Positions 13,181 to 26,910 of a DNA stretch of 64,000 bases are shown here, one piece after another. The notes beneath the pieces are model-generated. The model saw only the letters and a program-made list of their open reading frames with translations. It had not been told where the DNA came from and did no database searches. Numbering within the stretch: the stretch's first letter is position 1; every line of letters starts with the position of its first letter. A program made the position numbers and the translations under genes. The DNA is from Eledone cirrhosa. Taxonomy: Eukaryota. The stretch spans positions 393,452,001-393,516,000 of the forward strand of contig OZ024740.1 of NCBI GenBank assembly GCA_964016885.1, written 5' to 3'.

Positions 13181-16100
13181 ACAGAGAGAAAAAAAGAAAG
13201 AGAATGTGTGAGTGCATGCAATACAGTTTTCTGCCAAGTTCTGTAGCATTTAAGCAGACAATATCCCATATGCATATACATACTGATCTTGGCATAGCAG
13301 CAATTTCCTGGATTCACTCAGTTGTGGAAGATAATGATAGTATTAGCTACTGCATAGAATAACAGAACCTTCTAAGAAAATATCAAGTTGTGTGTTGTCA
13401 TGTCTATTTGCTGTGATGGATAGAGGAACAGAATTTTTGCTCATATAGGAATAAAAATAGAAAATTCAGTCAGCTTAGTTGCTTTGCATTGGTGTGTTTC
13501 TTATGTATCAGTTATGGAATATATGCATTTGTATATGTATGCATATGAGTTATTCTCCTGCCATAACGAAAGTGAAGCTGATACATTTTAATGTACATAT
13601 TGCATATCCATTTATTCATCAAACTATCATCCTTCTTGCTTGCTTCCTTTCTTCTTTCTTAAAGTCATTTATAAATTGGCAATGAAAAGACAGCTTAAGC
13701 AGCTAACTTGAAGCCAACATTTGCAAAGGAGGGGAAAGTCATTTGTGTTAGTAGTAGTAGGATACTGGTAATTATATTATTGATGCTGGAAGGATGAATG
13801 ACAAAGTTGACATTAGTAGGATTTGAACACAAAATGTGGGCAGATAAAACTGAAATCTGTACAGAGTTGCTTTATGGTCAAAGAGATTTCAGATGCAATT
13901 ATCCCACCATTTTGTTTTCCAGCTCGTTCATATTTTAAAAATATGGCAGGGTGTCTGATGAACAGAAGATTTGGTTACTGTTCCTAGCAGGTGAGGCAAC
14001 CATGAAGAGACACTCTCATTGCTCTACTGTTTATGTGATCTAGATGTCCACCAATAAAATATTTATGTAGATGATTGGTTAAAACAAAAAAATGAAAACA
14101 AAAACCCAACATCAACAAATAAGAAATGTATATTAAAACATGATGCCATGAGTAGTTATGCATACTTCTTTAGCACTTAGAGCAACAGAAAATATGATTT
14201 ATAAGGTATAAAAAGGAGTTAGTTGGTTAGATGGATATGGAGGTTTTAAAGACCATACATTGTGAGGATACAACTTGTGACTTTCTCAATATAATTTAAA
14301 TTCATTAGCAACTGGCTCTAAGATTTCAGAAATCATTGAAACATCCTTGGCAAAGAGAAAACTTTGATTAGTACAACAAGTATATCTACGACTACATTTT
14401 CCAATCTATCATTTAACAGCAGGCTATGATCCAAGGGAAACTAGGCAACCATCTTTAGCAGGTTGAGCAGCCACCTAGAAGCTCCTTTGTTAGTTCACAT
14501 CCTTCCAGGTTGTTGTTTTGTCATTAGCCAAATCTGATATAGAAGACATGGTGAAAGGTATTTCAGCCTTGGCCATCCTGTCTTTTATTTAGAGAGTGTA
14601 TCTAGGACTAAGAACCTTATTTTACAATACAATAGAGAATGATTTGAATGAGATTTGTCTGTTTTTTATAGCAGGTTCAATGACAATGTAGAGGCTCCTT
14701 TGTTTAATTGTATCCTTCTAGTTTGTTGTCAGCACCGATTAAGACAACACTTATGGTCAAAGGCACTCCAGCTATGATCATGACGTCATTTTGTAGATTT
14801 GTAACAACATTACTAAGTGTATCTTTCTAGGATTTTTAATATGGCATTTTGTCTCTAAAGCTGAAGTTCCACAGGTTTCACCTAAACTTTCTTGGTTAAC
14901 TTGTAAAATTCTAATACTGATCCCTAACACTTCCAATCAGATATCATGTCTAACCAAACCAGATCATCAGATAGCCAGGTTTTAACTCCGCTGTTATGGC
15001 TTGAAGCACAATAATAAACAGGTAATGATTGAGAACTGAGCCATGATTGACCCCTATCTGCATGTTAGATTTGTCACTTAACTCATGCCAACTGTTACAT
15101 TGTTGACTGCATCTCTATAAATAGATTGTAGAGCACTTGTACGTTTTTCATCTACAGCTAGATTTTTACCATGTGTGTGGAACTCTATGAGAGTCTTTTT
15201 CCAGGTCAAAGATTGCCTAATATAAGGTCTTACTCTGAGACTTCTGCAGTTGCCTCACTAAGCACCTTCTCTGAACTGCATCGTGTCAAGGCTAATTCTG
15301 TTCCTAATCAGTTGCGCTATTACTCTTTCTATAACTTTCACAACTTGAACCTGCAATTTTATTCTACTGTAATTGCTTTTGTCTAATGCTTCTTGTTTGC
15401 CTTTCTGATGTGTCTGTGTGTGCGTTCACTCAGTACACCATGTAAAGTAGCAGTGTCATTGCCACAGAATGTACCCTATACACTCTTTAAGGTAGTAAGT
15501 ATTAGGATGAATATCCAGCCATAAACATTATGCCAAAACTGGAACATATGTGCAAGACATGATCCTCATGATCTGTTCAGTCTCAGAACATGATAATCTG
15601 TCCAACTCAAGCCAAGATCAAAAGTGAATACAAAATGATGATGACACACATACACATATACCTATCTATCATAGATAGATCACTTTATTTAAAGTAGCAC
15701 TGTTTTAAATTAGGATAGATAGAAGCTACATCCTTCATCTCTTCATCAACATATTAAACAACAAGGTCTTTATCATTATTACCAGTGTCAATGTAATGAG
15801 GATACTGCTGCCAGAACGCTACAGCTGCTGCTGATGTTGATGATGTTAATGAAGGTTCAGATGCTGATGTTACAATTGCTTTCATGTGACTTACAGCTGC
15901 TAACATACAATAATTCTGTTGCTGTTGCTGGCAATGATATTGATAATGATGATGTACCAGAAATGTTGACGTTGAGAACATTCGACCCACCATATACAAG
16001 TGTGACATTTGGAACACAAACATTAACAAACAATAAATAGTATAAATACTATTAAAAGCCCTCTGGGCATCACCAAAGGAGCAAGCTAGAGAACAAACTG

Positions 16101-17129
16101 GCATTCCTGACCAGGTGCTGGTGGGGAAGTGTCATAGTGGTAGGTGGCAGTGGAGACTGAGATCCACTCCCATCTTCCTTCTCCAGTAGCAACGGCTGAC
16201 ACACTGGAAGCAGGAGAGATGAAGGAGGGACAATGTTGATGACAATGACTGCAAGAACTATGACAATGATGTAAATGATGATGGTGATGATGATATATTT
16301 TAAATAGATTGTTATATCATCTTACGAATAAGAAATCCCGTGGGGTTGCCATTTAAAACACACCAAAGTGTAAACAAACATGAACATGCATGATGGCTAG
16401 GAATCAGCATAAGTAGTAAAAACAATTTTATTCCTACAATAAACTCTGGCAAGGGACCTACATATTCTATGCTGCTTACTACTACTACTACTACTACTAC
16501 TACTACACAATCACATGAAGGATACACACAAACATATCAAAGAACACAAGCACATACACACACTTATACGCACAAGGACACACATAAGAGGTAACATAAA
16601 CACAATCATACACACAAATATTGTAGCTAGAAATTATTACAGATTTGAAATGTTGCTGAGCCATTACAATGCTTGGGTATGCACCACATTAGAATTCAAA
16701 ATTACTATATGGGTCAACAAGGAACCTCTACATGGTGGCTCAACCTGCTAGAAATAGTAGCCAAATCTCCCTCAGACCACACCCTATCATCTTAAAAATG
16801 GACGTTGGATAACATGTTCTCGTGTTCCTTGCTCACAGGAAATAATAAGATGGAATATCCTTTGCCCAATCAGGGTTGATCTGTGGCTAAACAAAACAAT
16901 AACAGCAGGCATAACCATACCTAGAATGGTGTAGATGCCTTATCTACACAGTCTGGATTACATTAAGAAACCGTAATTATACAATCTACATAACTGATGT
17001 TTGTTCTATCACTACTATAATAGTCTATTATCCTCTGAAATTTCAAACTATTTGCCTCCTCTAACCACCACCAACTCAATGCAATATATTCAGTCCCATA
17101 TGAGTTTCCCATACATTTATCCTCTAGAC

Positions 17130-17668
17130 TAGAGGTTCTCAAACTTTTGGGGCCATGCCCCACCCCCACGGCCGCATAATACCCTCAACGCCCCCCCCCC
17201 CACAACTCTATTTCCAGACAGACCTGCCTACGAGCAAATTGTAAATAACTTATAATAAATAAAATCGTTAATTTATATAGAATAAATAATATAATATATA
17301 CTATGTATTAATATTATATTGGATTGGCAGTATCGGTAGAGGGTCGGACGCCATGCTTTGACGCATAGAGTTACGGCCCTTGCCATTCTGAGTTCAAATC
17401 CTGCCGAGGTTAACTTTGCCTTTACTCCTTACGGGGTCGATAAAATAAAGTAGCAGTAATACACTGGGTAATTGCTGGCCTTGTGCCTAACGTAGAAACA
17501 ATATTATATATTTTTTTATTTTACTATATTCATATATATTATGTATCATTTGATATTTAATATACTATTATATCATATCTACTGTCGCCTTAGGCCCCAG
17601 TGCCCCCCCCCCACCTTCTCAACCCCCCCCCCCCTAGGGGGCAGTAGCACCCACTTTGAGAACTTCTG
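17130..17668. mobile_element. hAT (Charlie-like) MITE carrying a nested SINE
   Basis: TIRs TAGAGGTTCTCAAA / TTTGAGAACTTCTG; 8-bp TSD CTCTAGAC / CCCTAGAT (NTCTAGAN type). Confidence 0.8.
17321..17505 (+). mobile_element. Nin-like tRNA-derived SINE nested in the hAT MITE
   Basis: A-box-like TGGCAGTATCGG, B-box GAGTTCAAATCC, family body and AT-rich tail. Confidence 0.88.
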
Positions 17669-18082
17669 CCCTAGATCATGCTGTTTGCCTATGTTTATGT
17701 GAAATCCATTTAGCCATCATCTCATTAAACACAAGTAACTAATTCTTGGCCATGACATTGTAGTTAACAGAATATGAGTGGCTGCTCTCTTAGCTGATCA
17801 ATGTATTACTTCTTTTTCTTCACCCACTCATTTCTGAAAGGGCCATTGGGGCGGAGTCCCCAGACACACCTTCCAGTGGGTCCTGTCGGAAGCAACTGTC
17901 TCCAACTGATCTGACTGGATACCCGACCCAGACCAGCTGAGCTCATGGATGCTATCCAACGATATTGCTCAGTGTCTTGCACTGGTTTTATGAGTCTTTC
18001 AATCCCACTACACTCAGAAATTAAGTGATTCACTCAAAGTGGAAGTATATATTATGACAGATTATTTGACAGCAAGTGTTTG

Positions 18083-18113
<31 letters not shown>

Positions 18114-18164
18114 CACAAACTAAAAGATACATATATGCATCCATAAAAATACACATATGCACAT

Positions 18165-18213
<49 letters not shown>

Positions 18214-18726
18214 CAGAGAGAGAGAGAGATTTGTATATATATATATATATATGTGTGTGATTTTATATGATGCTTTAACTTATCCTGTCTTAAGTTAGAT
18301 TGCATTCTTTATCAAACTCTTGACCATTCAATTCATTTCATTACACTTATCCAGTGACAGCTTGACATTTCTTTACTTCAATGTTGGCCGCTTTCTTTTA
18401 TTTTTTATTACAAACTAATCAACCAATTTTTGCAGTAATGTACTCTCTAGATTGCTTCACCTCTGTTTTCAGCTTTCATTCTTGCCATATCTCCAAATAA
18501 CTCCTCTTCTTACTCAACAACTGAAGAATCTTTTTTTCCACTATTTTAGTTCTATATTTATATCTAAAATAGTAAAAATAATAATAACAATAATTGTTTC
18601 TACTTTAGGCACAAGGCCAGCAATTTGAAGGGAAGGGGAAAATTGATTAAATATACCCCAGTGTTTACTGGTACTTATTTTATTGTCACCCGTAAGGACG
18701 ACAGGCAAATAATAATAATAATAATA

Positions 18727-18942
18727 GTTTCTTATACAGGCACAAGGCCAGCAATTTTGGGGGAGGGGAAAGTCGATTAAATCAACCCCAGTGCGTGACT
18801 GGTACTTTATTTTATCGACCCTGTAAGGATGAAAGGCAAAGTTAACCTCGACGGGATTTGAACTCAGACCATAAAGGGCCGTAACTCTATGCTGCAAAGT
18901 ATGGTGTCCGACTCTCTACCGATACTGTCAATCTACCACCCT
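18727..18942 (-). mobile_element. Nin-like SINE, long-tail subfamily (left arm of inverted pair)
   Basis: Full-length reverse-complement match to the family. Confidence 0.88.
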
Positions 18943-19077
18943 TAATAATAATAATAATAATAATTATTATTATTAATATTATATAATTATTATTATTAAT
19001 ATTATATAATTATTATTATTAATATTATATAATTATTATTATTAATAATAATAATAATAATAATTATTATTATTATT

Positions 19078-19279
19078 AAGAGTGGTAGATTGACAGTATC
19101 GGTAGAGAGTCGGACACCATACTTTGCAGCACAGAGTTACGGCCCTTTATGGTCTGAGTTCAAATCCCGCCGAGGTTAACTTTGCCTTTCATCCTTACGG
19201 GGTCGATAAAATAAAATACCAGTAATGCACTAGGGTAATTGCTGGCTTTGTGCTAAAAGTAGAAACAATTATTATTATT
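19078..19279 (+). mobile_element. Nin-like SINE, short-tail subfamily (right arm of inverted pair)
   Basis: Full-length match to the family; (ATT)n tail. Confidence 0.88.
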
Positions 19280-21133
19280 TTCGTTTTTTTATTGACACAT
19301 GTTGCAGACCATGCTAGTAATTTTGAATTTATTCCATTGTCATCCAACATATTTTGTTGAACATATAATATTGTTTTACAGTTAAACTAACCAGTGTCTT
19401 TCTGAGATGGTTAGTTTTTCTCTATCTGTAGCCATTAGGGGATAAACCTGTGCTTGTTTTCCAAATATGCCTCTCAATTGTTTTTCAAAATAAGATGGCG
19501 GATGACAAAATTTCATCTGCTGGTTTTAACAGCCGGCTGTTTGCAAGGCAGAACAGCCAGCTGTCCACCAGCACCACCTCCACCACTACAGATACCATCA
19601 ACAACAACAAAAACAACAATCAAAACCATGTGCAGCAGGTGGTATGCATGATTTTGATTTCCCACCACTGCCAAGGCTTGCCATTGTGAATGCTGCCATA
19701 ACCACTGCCAACAATAAACACAGCCAAGGTCAACATCACCTCCAGCACCATCACAACAGAAAACAATGATACAAATAATAGCAACATTATAAATAACACC
19801 AGCAACAATGACAGCTATGACAAAAGCAACAGCAACAACAACAAAACCACCCCAAAAATTAATAACACCAACAGCAAACACGTTTTTGGACATTGCAAAT
19901 ACAAATAAAAAAAGAAATGTTTCAATTAATACAGGAAAACAAAAATTCTGAATTGGCTTAAGTAAAAAAAATCAATTCAATTATCATGACAGAAGGGGCA
20001 GTTTTCTACCGAACTGTGTTCCAATGAACCCAGCGAGTTGAACCTGCCACAGTTAGACAAGTAGAAAATGTATTAGATGTAATGGCAGATGTGGTTCACA
20101 TACAAAGAGCAAGACAGTTTGCCAGTTGCCTATAAAAATGAAGACCTTGTACAAAAACATTTGGTGGTCCACTGTTGGAGTAAGGTGTTCATCTTTTATC
20201 CTATGTACTTCTCAAGGAAAATTGTCAGGCTGAGGATACTGGGTATTCTGTCAGGCATAAATATCTGGTGGATCTTGACCTGTGTTGTCTTTGGAGATCC
20301 AGTCACACTCCTCGAAGTTAAATACAACGAAAGATAAAAATTGGTCCAGGATAAACCAGGAGATTCTGCTTCAGGTGAAGCCAGACCAAAGAGTAAAAAA
20401 TCTTGAACACAATACAGCTGCCCAACGGAGTTAGACCTCAAATGAATAATATCTGTTGAAGTACCTGCAATTTCTGTGTAATATGTATTTAAATTGCATT
20501 TTGTTTGTCTTATACATTAATTTTATTTGTAATATAACCTGTAGCTCCGCTGGCAAATGACAAGTTCAATAGAATCAGGATTTGTATTTAAAATGGAAAT
20601 AAATTGCAATTAAGGATAAGAAAGAATACACTTCCTGACCTCTGTAATAATATATGAGACATAAAAGAAGACAGTCAAGCAATCAATCAATCAAAAACAG
20701 TGCAACATAATGTATTTTTGGTTCAATATATTTGTCTGAACAGAATGATGGTAGTGATAGACAACTGATTCATTCAGATTTGATTGTATTACCAAACAAA
20801 AGGAAGGAAAAATAAGACTGACAGAGACTTCACTGATTTAGTTCATTTCTTTCAAACTTTAACTTACAATCAAACATAAATAAATAAATAAAATATAAAA
20901 ACTAAAAACAAAATGAAATTCCTATCCAATATCAGGAGAAAAGTATTTGTTTAAGTTTTTTAAAATTTATTTTGATTAATGGCCAATAGAAATCAGCTGT
21001 ATTGCTGTTATAAAATAGTGCTTCAAAACTCTTTTAAGTCATAAATCTTAAACCTAATATCCCTACCTACATCATTGTTTTAATATATAGTAATAACTGA
21101 AAAGCCACTTCACATACAAATGAAGAGAAAAAA

Positions 21134-21498
21134 ATCATATTCTAGTCCCTCAGCGCCACCTGCAAACTATTTACTTACATATAAATATACATACTAAAAT
21201 GATATTCTTATACATGCACACACATGCTTATATAGACACGAACAAACACACATTTTTTAGTAATAATGGTCATGACCATTTGAGTACACAAGAAAAAAAA
21301 TGTACATACATATATATATATATATATCTTTTTCTTATGTATTCACAAGGTCATGGCCATTATTACTAAAAATTATATGTTTGTGTCTATTACATAAGCA
21401 TGTGTGTGCATGTATAAAAATGTCATTTTGTTATGTATGTATATATATTTATGTGTGAGTAAATAGTTTTCAGGTGGCACTGAGAGACTAGAATATGA

Positions 21499-21499
<1 letters not shown>
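21134..21499. repeat. ~365 bp imperfect palindrome centred on (TA)n
   Basis: ATCATATTCTAGTCCCTCAGCGCCACCTGCAAACTATTT... mirrors ...AAATAGTTTTCAGGTGGCACTGAGAGACTAGAATATGAT; complementarity continues to the TA core at about 21309-21327. Confidence 0.88.

Positions 21500-21567
<68 letters not shown>
21500..21567. repeat. (CA)n microsatellite
   Basis: Direct reading. Confidence 0.97.
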
Positions 21568-21572
<5 letters not shown>

Positions 21573-22184
21573 ACATACATACATGAAAAATGTGTTTGTG
21601 GAGAAGATAATTCCTATAACACTGAGGCTTCAGGTGGCAGATAGAGGAATGATCTTCAAGTATGAAGGTTATCTGCAAATATAATGAACAAGCAGTCCAA
21701 GTTTGCTCTTTGGCAAGACAGTACCTGGCAGGTACCAGTCCAGGGTTATGCAAAGTTCTATTTTGGAAGCAGGTAAGGTGATTGTGTTAAAAAGTGAACT
21801 CCGATAAATAGTTGTCTCAGTTTTCAATGCTTGTTTGTTTAGCGGAGGAACCAATCATCAGGTCAATGGTAGGGGAACTCTGCCTCCATCAGAGGAGCAC
21901 TCTACCTGAGAGAGTCCTGGCAAGTCATCCCAGTACTTCTAATAAAAAACATGACTGATACAAACACCAGCTCCATGGTTAGAGCCCACAATTTCCTGTT
22001 CCTGCATGGTCCTGAAAGAGGCTCAACTTCCTATGAGGATGATGTTCGAAATCCTACAGGATGAGCATTCTCCGATGTCAACCAGGAGGTGACTATCTTG
22101 ACCAAAGAGACCATACACTTTTGGCACTCTAAACTGCCACTCACTCACATCCTATTTTTTCCACAAGGAGCTCAACAAGTATAT

Positions 22185-22670
22185 CACTTTACAGTGTGGA
22201 CTGGGCGCTTTTTATCGTGTCACCAACACGACCACTTTACAGTGTGTGCTGGGCACTTTTTGTCATGGAAACAAAACGACCACATTATAATGTGGACTAT
22301 TGGCTGAGGTGAGGGAGGTGCATGGAAATTGGAGAGGTAGGACATGGGAGGACATTGGGGATTAGGACAAGTGTTGGAAGAGTGGAAGGTAGAGGAAAGT
22401 GGTGCATACCAGATGTATGCTTCAACCCGTGCGGATGGGAAGGCGGGTCTTTTGTATTACTGTAAAACATCAGAGATCTCGATCCTGTAACATTGCCTTT
22501 GGGAGGTGCAATTGTGCAAGGTCAGCTTTTATCACGTGATCCCAAGTCTTCCTATACCATAGCTTCCATCAACTTTAAGTGCCCTGCACCTTTTTATACA
22601 GCTGTCGTTCTTCATACACATAACATGTGCATACCAATGCAATCTCCTCTCCTGCACACTTTCAGATAGT
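22185..22670 (-). mobile_element. Degenerate 3' fragment of the RTE-PHD family
   Basis: 3'UTR units CACTTTACAGTGTGG at 22185-22285; 22540-22660 matches the RRL.WY.HV..M...SCIK.CRA region. Confidence 0.65.
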
Positions 22671-24399
22671 TTCATTGTAACAATACTTTAGTTTAACAAC
22701 AACAAGGCACAAACAAACACACAAAAGAAAAAAAAATTGAAAAGTTTGAATAATATAATAAGACTCAAGAAATATTTCAAATGAATGAAAAGAAATAGAA
22801 TTATGCATATAATGAAATTCTAACACAAGTAACTAAGCTAATACATTCATCAAGCCATTTTAATTTTAAGTGAATTCAAACTCACTTCAAATCTTAATAA
22901 ATTAGTTAAGAGAAACACACATTAAGTCATGCACATAGTAATAAACAGAGTACATGCATAAATACATATACTGGAGTTGATATGATTGACTAAATTTTCT
23001 TCAAGGCTGTGCTCCAGCATGATCGCAATCTAATGACTGAAAAGATACATGCTCTCTCTCTCTCACACACACACACTCCATGTTGTTTCTTGTTCAATCG
23101 AGTCAATAGATACATACCAAAGTACTGGGGTCAAAATAAACTAGCAAAACCTTTGAAGGTGATATTCCAGCATGTCCAGAATTCAATAGTTGAAACCAGT
23201 AAACCAGTGAAAGAATATCTACTATATTTAGAAAGATACATATATACTCTTACATGGTTAGATATGCCATGCCTCCAGTCTGAACACAGCTGATTTCTTA
23301 GAAAGAGAAACTAAGATTGAAATATGGAGGAAGAATTTACGCCAATACTGGACTGTTACTTTATCGATCTTGAAAGAATGAAAAGTAAATTTGACAGAAG
23401 TAGGATTTGATGTTAGAGTCTAGAGAACCAGAATGAACACTGCACAACATTCTGTTTGACATTCTACCTACTTTGCCAATTTGTTGCCTATACACTGTTA
23501 GAAAGACACACACACAATACATATAGATAGAATATGTTTAAACATATATTCATACTCACATATTCAATAAAATATCCACAGACACATCTATAATTTATAA
23601 TGATTCATTCACATAATATTCTATACTTATGTAAATTAGAGCTGAAATCTATCAATTTTCTGCAGCAATTATAGAGAATTCCTTCACTCAGATTTTTAAA
23701 ACCATTTCCTTAATGATGAGTGACAGAGAATGTATTCATTGAATTAAGTATACTAGATTAGATTATGTAAATCATGTAGGTGTTCATTTACTGAATAAGG
23801 CATACAAAAGATTCTTAGCAAATTGAAATTCCCCTCTTAATTGAAGAAAATAAACAAAAACTTTGCAGTAATTGATAGATACTCACACAGATAAGGGGAG
23901 ATAATTTCACAAAATTAGGAATTAATTTAACCCTTTCATTACTGTATTTCTTTTAATAAACACTGCCAATGTGTTTCAAATCATTCTGAAAATAATCAAG
24001 AGTTTGGAGGGAACTGGTAATTTAACTAAATTCCCCATCACTAATTTTGTGTTTGGAGCAGAACTCTTTTAGCACCTCCACACATGCATACACCATTCTT
24101 TATATTAACTTTATCCACTCAGGACTTTGTAAAAGTCCGAGAATCAGCTTCATATACACAATGTTTGTTGACATTTAAAAGCTGTAATTCAGCTAATTTA
24201 AGACAGTAAGAATTGTCACAGTTCCTTGGCTTTTTAGCAGGGTGGTAGAATGAGTGGTCGCCACTTTAACAGGGTAGATGATTGAAGGTCATTAGTTGCC
24301 AGTGTGGTAAGTGATAGTATCCTCGTTGGATTATCTTGTCGACATAGACGTGAGGGAAGGTCCCTCGATCTATTTACCATCTTTGTATTTACAACATTC

Positions 24400-24817
24400 C
24401 TTTCGTCAGGTCGCCAATTCCAGCAGCATGGATTAAAGATGTTATTGAGACACGAGTAACATAAAAATGATTTCAACAGCAGAAATTAGAGATGAAATGT
24501 ATGTTTATTTTTGATGTAGCACAAACAATGTTTGTTAACTTATATGGTTGAAGTTACAGATAAGAAGAGGTTACAAAAGGGAATGTGCCATTGCGCCAAA
24601 AAGCCAGCGAGGCTAGGGTGCAAAATCTCACCGTTACATTATGCGTGTTGCTGGCTCGAAGTTTCTGGTACAAGAGAGAGATTCCTCAAATCTTCGCGGG
24701 GAATTTCTTCCTCAGGGCGCGTAGGGATACATCCTCTTCTACTGGCGCTGATTGGCTGAACTGAGCCAAATCACGCACAGAGAATGTATGTGAGCCCGCG
24801 GAATGTAGGTCACTACA
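24400..24817 (-). mobile_element. Possible LTR remnant
   Basis: Minus strand starts TGTAGTG, contains AGCCAATCAG and AATAAA, reaches ...ATAACA at 24440, then PBS-like TGGCGACC; locally CpG-rich; no TSD found. Confidence 0.35.
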
Positions 24818-26200
24818 GTAACTAATTGTTTTAAGCACCTAGCTAGTATCTGGGAGATATGGTGTTCTATTCCTCATAGTGGCCAATAACAACTTCTTTT
24901 TCTGTCTTTAAGGGTCTTCACCCTATTTGATAAGCTATTTTATAGCATCTTTGCACATGAGCACACTATTCTTTATGTGCACGCTACATGTGAATGAAGT
25001 TCCACTAAAGCAGGGAGAGAAGTTCAAGTATCTCGGGGCAATGTTCACAATTGATGTAAAGAGTTAGAACAAAAACTACAAGGTACTTTAATCACCTAGC
25101 TAATGATTATGAGTCTTTTAGATGAACTATCTGCATGCTAAACTGATGTATAAGTGATTGAGTATTCCAGTGACATGTGTACTTCTAACATAATTCTCAG
25201 ACAAAAATCAGCATGTCCCAATATATGAAAAACCTTGGACCTCTGGACCTTTGAATTACAGGTAAAATTACTGTGAGTAAATACACAAACACACATGAAA
25301 AATACATATATTCATGGTCATAATTTTCACTTAAGAAGAAAAGTAAGTGGCAATAATTATTATTGTTGTTTAGAACCAAGTCTGCTCTGATGAAAGAGAC
25401 CAATGATTGTTGTTCTAGCAATGACTATCCCTGATAATTGCAATGATCATGTCATTTTTTAAAAGATGTTAGGACATAATTTGAAGGAAATTTGACTCCA
25501 ACTTTTAGCATGTGTGATTCAATAGAGGCTCCATTATTGGCTTGAGGAGATGGAAGTGGTTTTGCTTGGACATGTCTCTAAAATAGCCAACCCTGTGACA
25601 AGGCAGCAAAGATAATGTTGCTCTTTTGTAGAGCTTATGATTGGGACATATAACAAAGCAATACAACAAACAACATGTGGATCAATTGTTGTTATTTTTG
25701 TCATAATGGTTTCATTACTTTTGTGCTTGTAATCAGATTGAGTGAGAACTAAAATAAAGTAGCCAAACATTCTGAATGGTCAAGTATATTGATTCAGTTT
25801 GGCAGCAGAGAAATGAGTGATATTGTAAGGTGTCAAGATTAGAGTTGATCTCTCTCACTGACAGCTGACAATAGGAATGGCTGTCATGCAGCATAGGCTC
25901 TAAGTAGAAAATTGGTAATTCTTTTATTCTTTTACTGATTTCTGTCAGTGACATGAGACCAGGCTTTTGAGTGGATAATAGAATATATTGACCCTGCACT
26001 ACTTGACTGGTATTTACTCTATAAACCTTGGAAGGATGAAAGAAAAAGTCAACATGGATGGGATTTGAACACAGGACTTACAAGTGATGTAACTAAATAC
26101 CAAAATGTACTTTACTTACACATGCACACACATCATCATCATCATTTCATGTCTGCTTTCCAAAGTTTGGATGTGTTGCCACAGACTGGTCAATATTTAC

Positions 26201-26232
<32 letters not shown>

Positions 26233-26307
26233 TATATATTTGGTTGTAACAAAAGTTCATAGCATTTTTCTATTGGTTGTGTTTAATCCCGTGATTTAGT
26301 TACTCAT

Positions 26308-26309
<2 letters not shown>

Positions 26310-26370
<61 letters not shown>
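26310..26370. repeat. (CA)n microsatellite
   Basis: Direct reading. Confidence 0.97.
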
Positions 26371-26375
<5 letters not shown>

Positions 26376-26574
26376 GCATATGACATATATATATATTTAT
26401 ATATATTTTTTTCCTGAAAGAGAAGATCTTAACACAATTTTCCATCTGAATAGTGTGCGGATTATTTACTTCTGTTTAACGATAAAATTGAAAATGGAGG
26501 GAAAAGAGATGCCTTTTACTCATTTGATGCTATTTTATTTCTGGAAAGGAAACATGATGCCCAAATAGTGAAAA

Positions 26575-26825
26575 ACTCCCACTCTCTCCACTGCTAGTGT
26601 GAGTGGAAAATATTCCATCAGCATTGCCCAAATGATGTTGGAATCATCTTCAAAATACACCTAAGGTTCGGGCCCTGTGCTATCCGCTCACAATATAAAT
26701 CAAACTTGCATCTCATAACAACATTATGGCACAATTATCCCACCTCAACTGGTCCTGCGCTCTTTAACATTATACCAAAACATAAAATCAAAAACCGATT
26801 CCATAAAATTCAAAAATTCGTTACT
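26575..26825 (+). mobile_element. Degenerate fragment of the CR1-type LINE family seen at 38.8-40.9 kb
   Basis: TGCCCAAATGATGTTGG..CTTCAAAATACACC..TGCTATCCG..CTCATAACAACA matches about 40525-40740. Confidence 0.8.
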
Positions 26826-26910
26826 CAAGAGTCTCATGTAGGTACAGAAGAAAATTATATGTATGGAGTTAAGAATATTTTCACACACATATTTTTCAAA
26901 ATATATGTAA

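Noticed and set aside
20050-20470. Possible exon or MULE-like transposase remnant (YSV..YLVDL..CC)
   Set aside because: Frames are interrupted by stops and the motif is too short to support without a search
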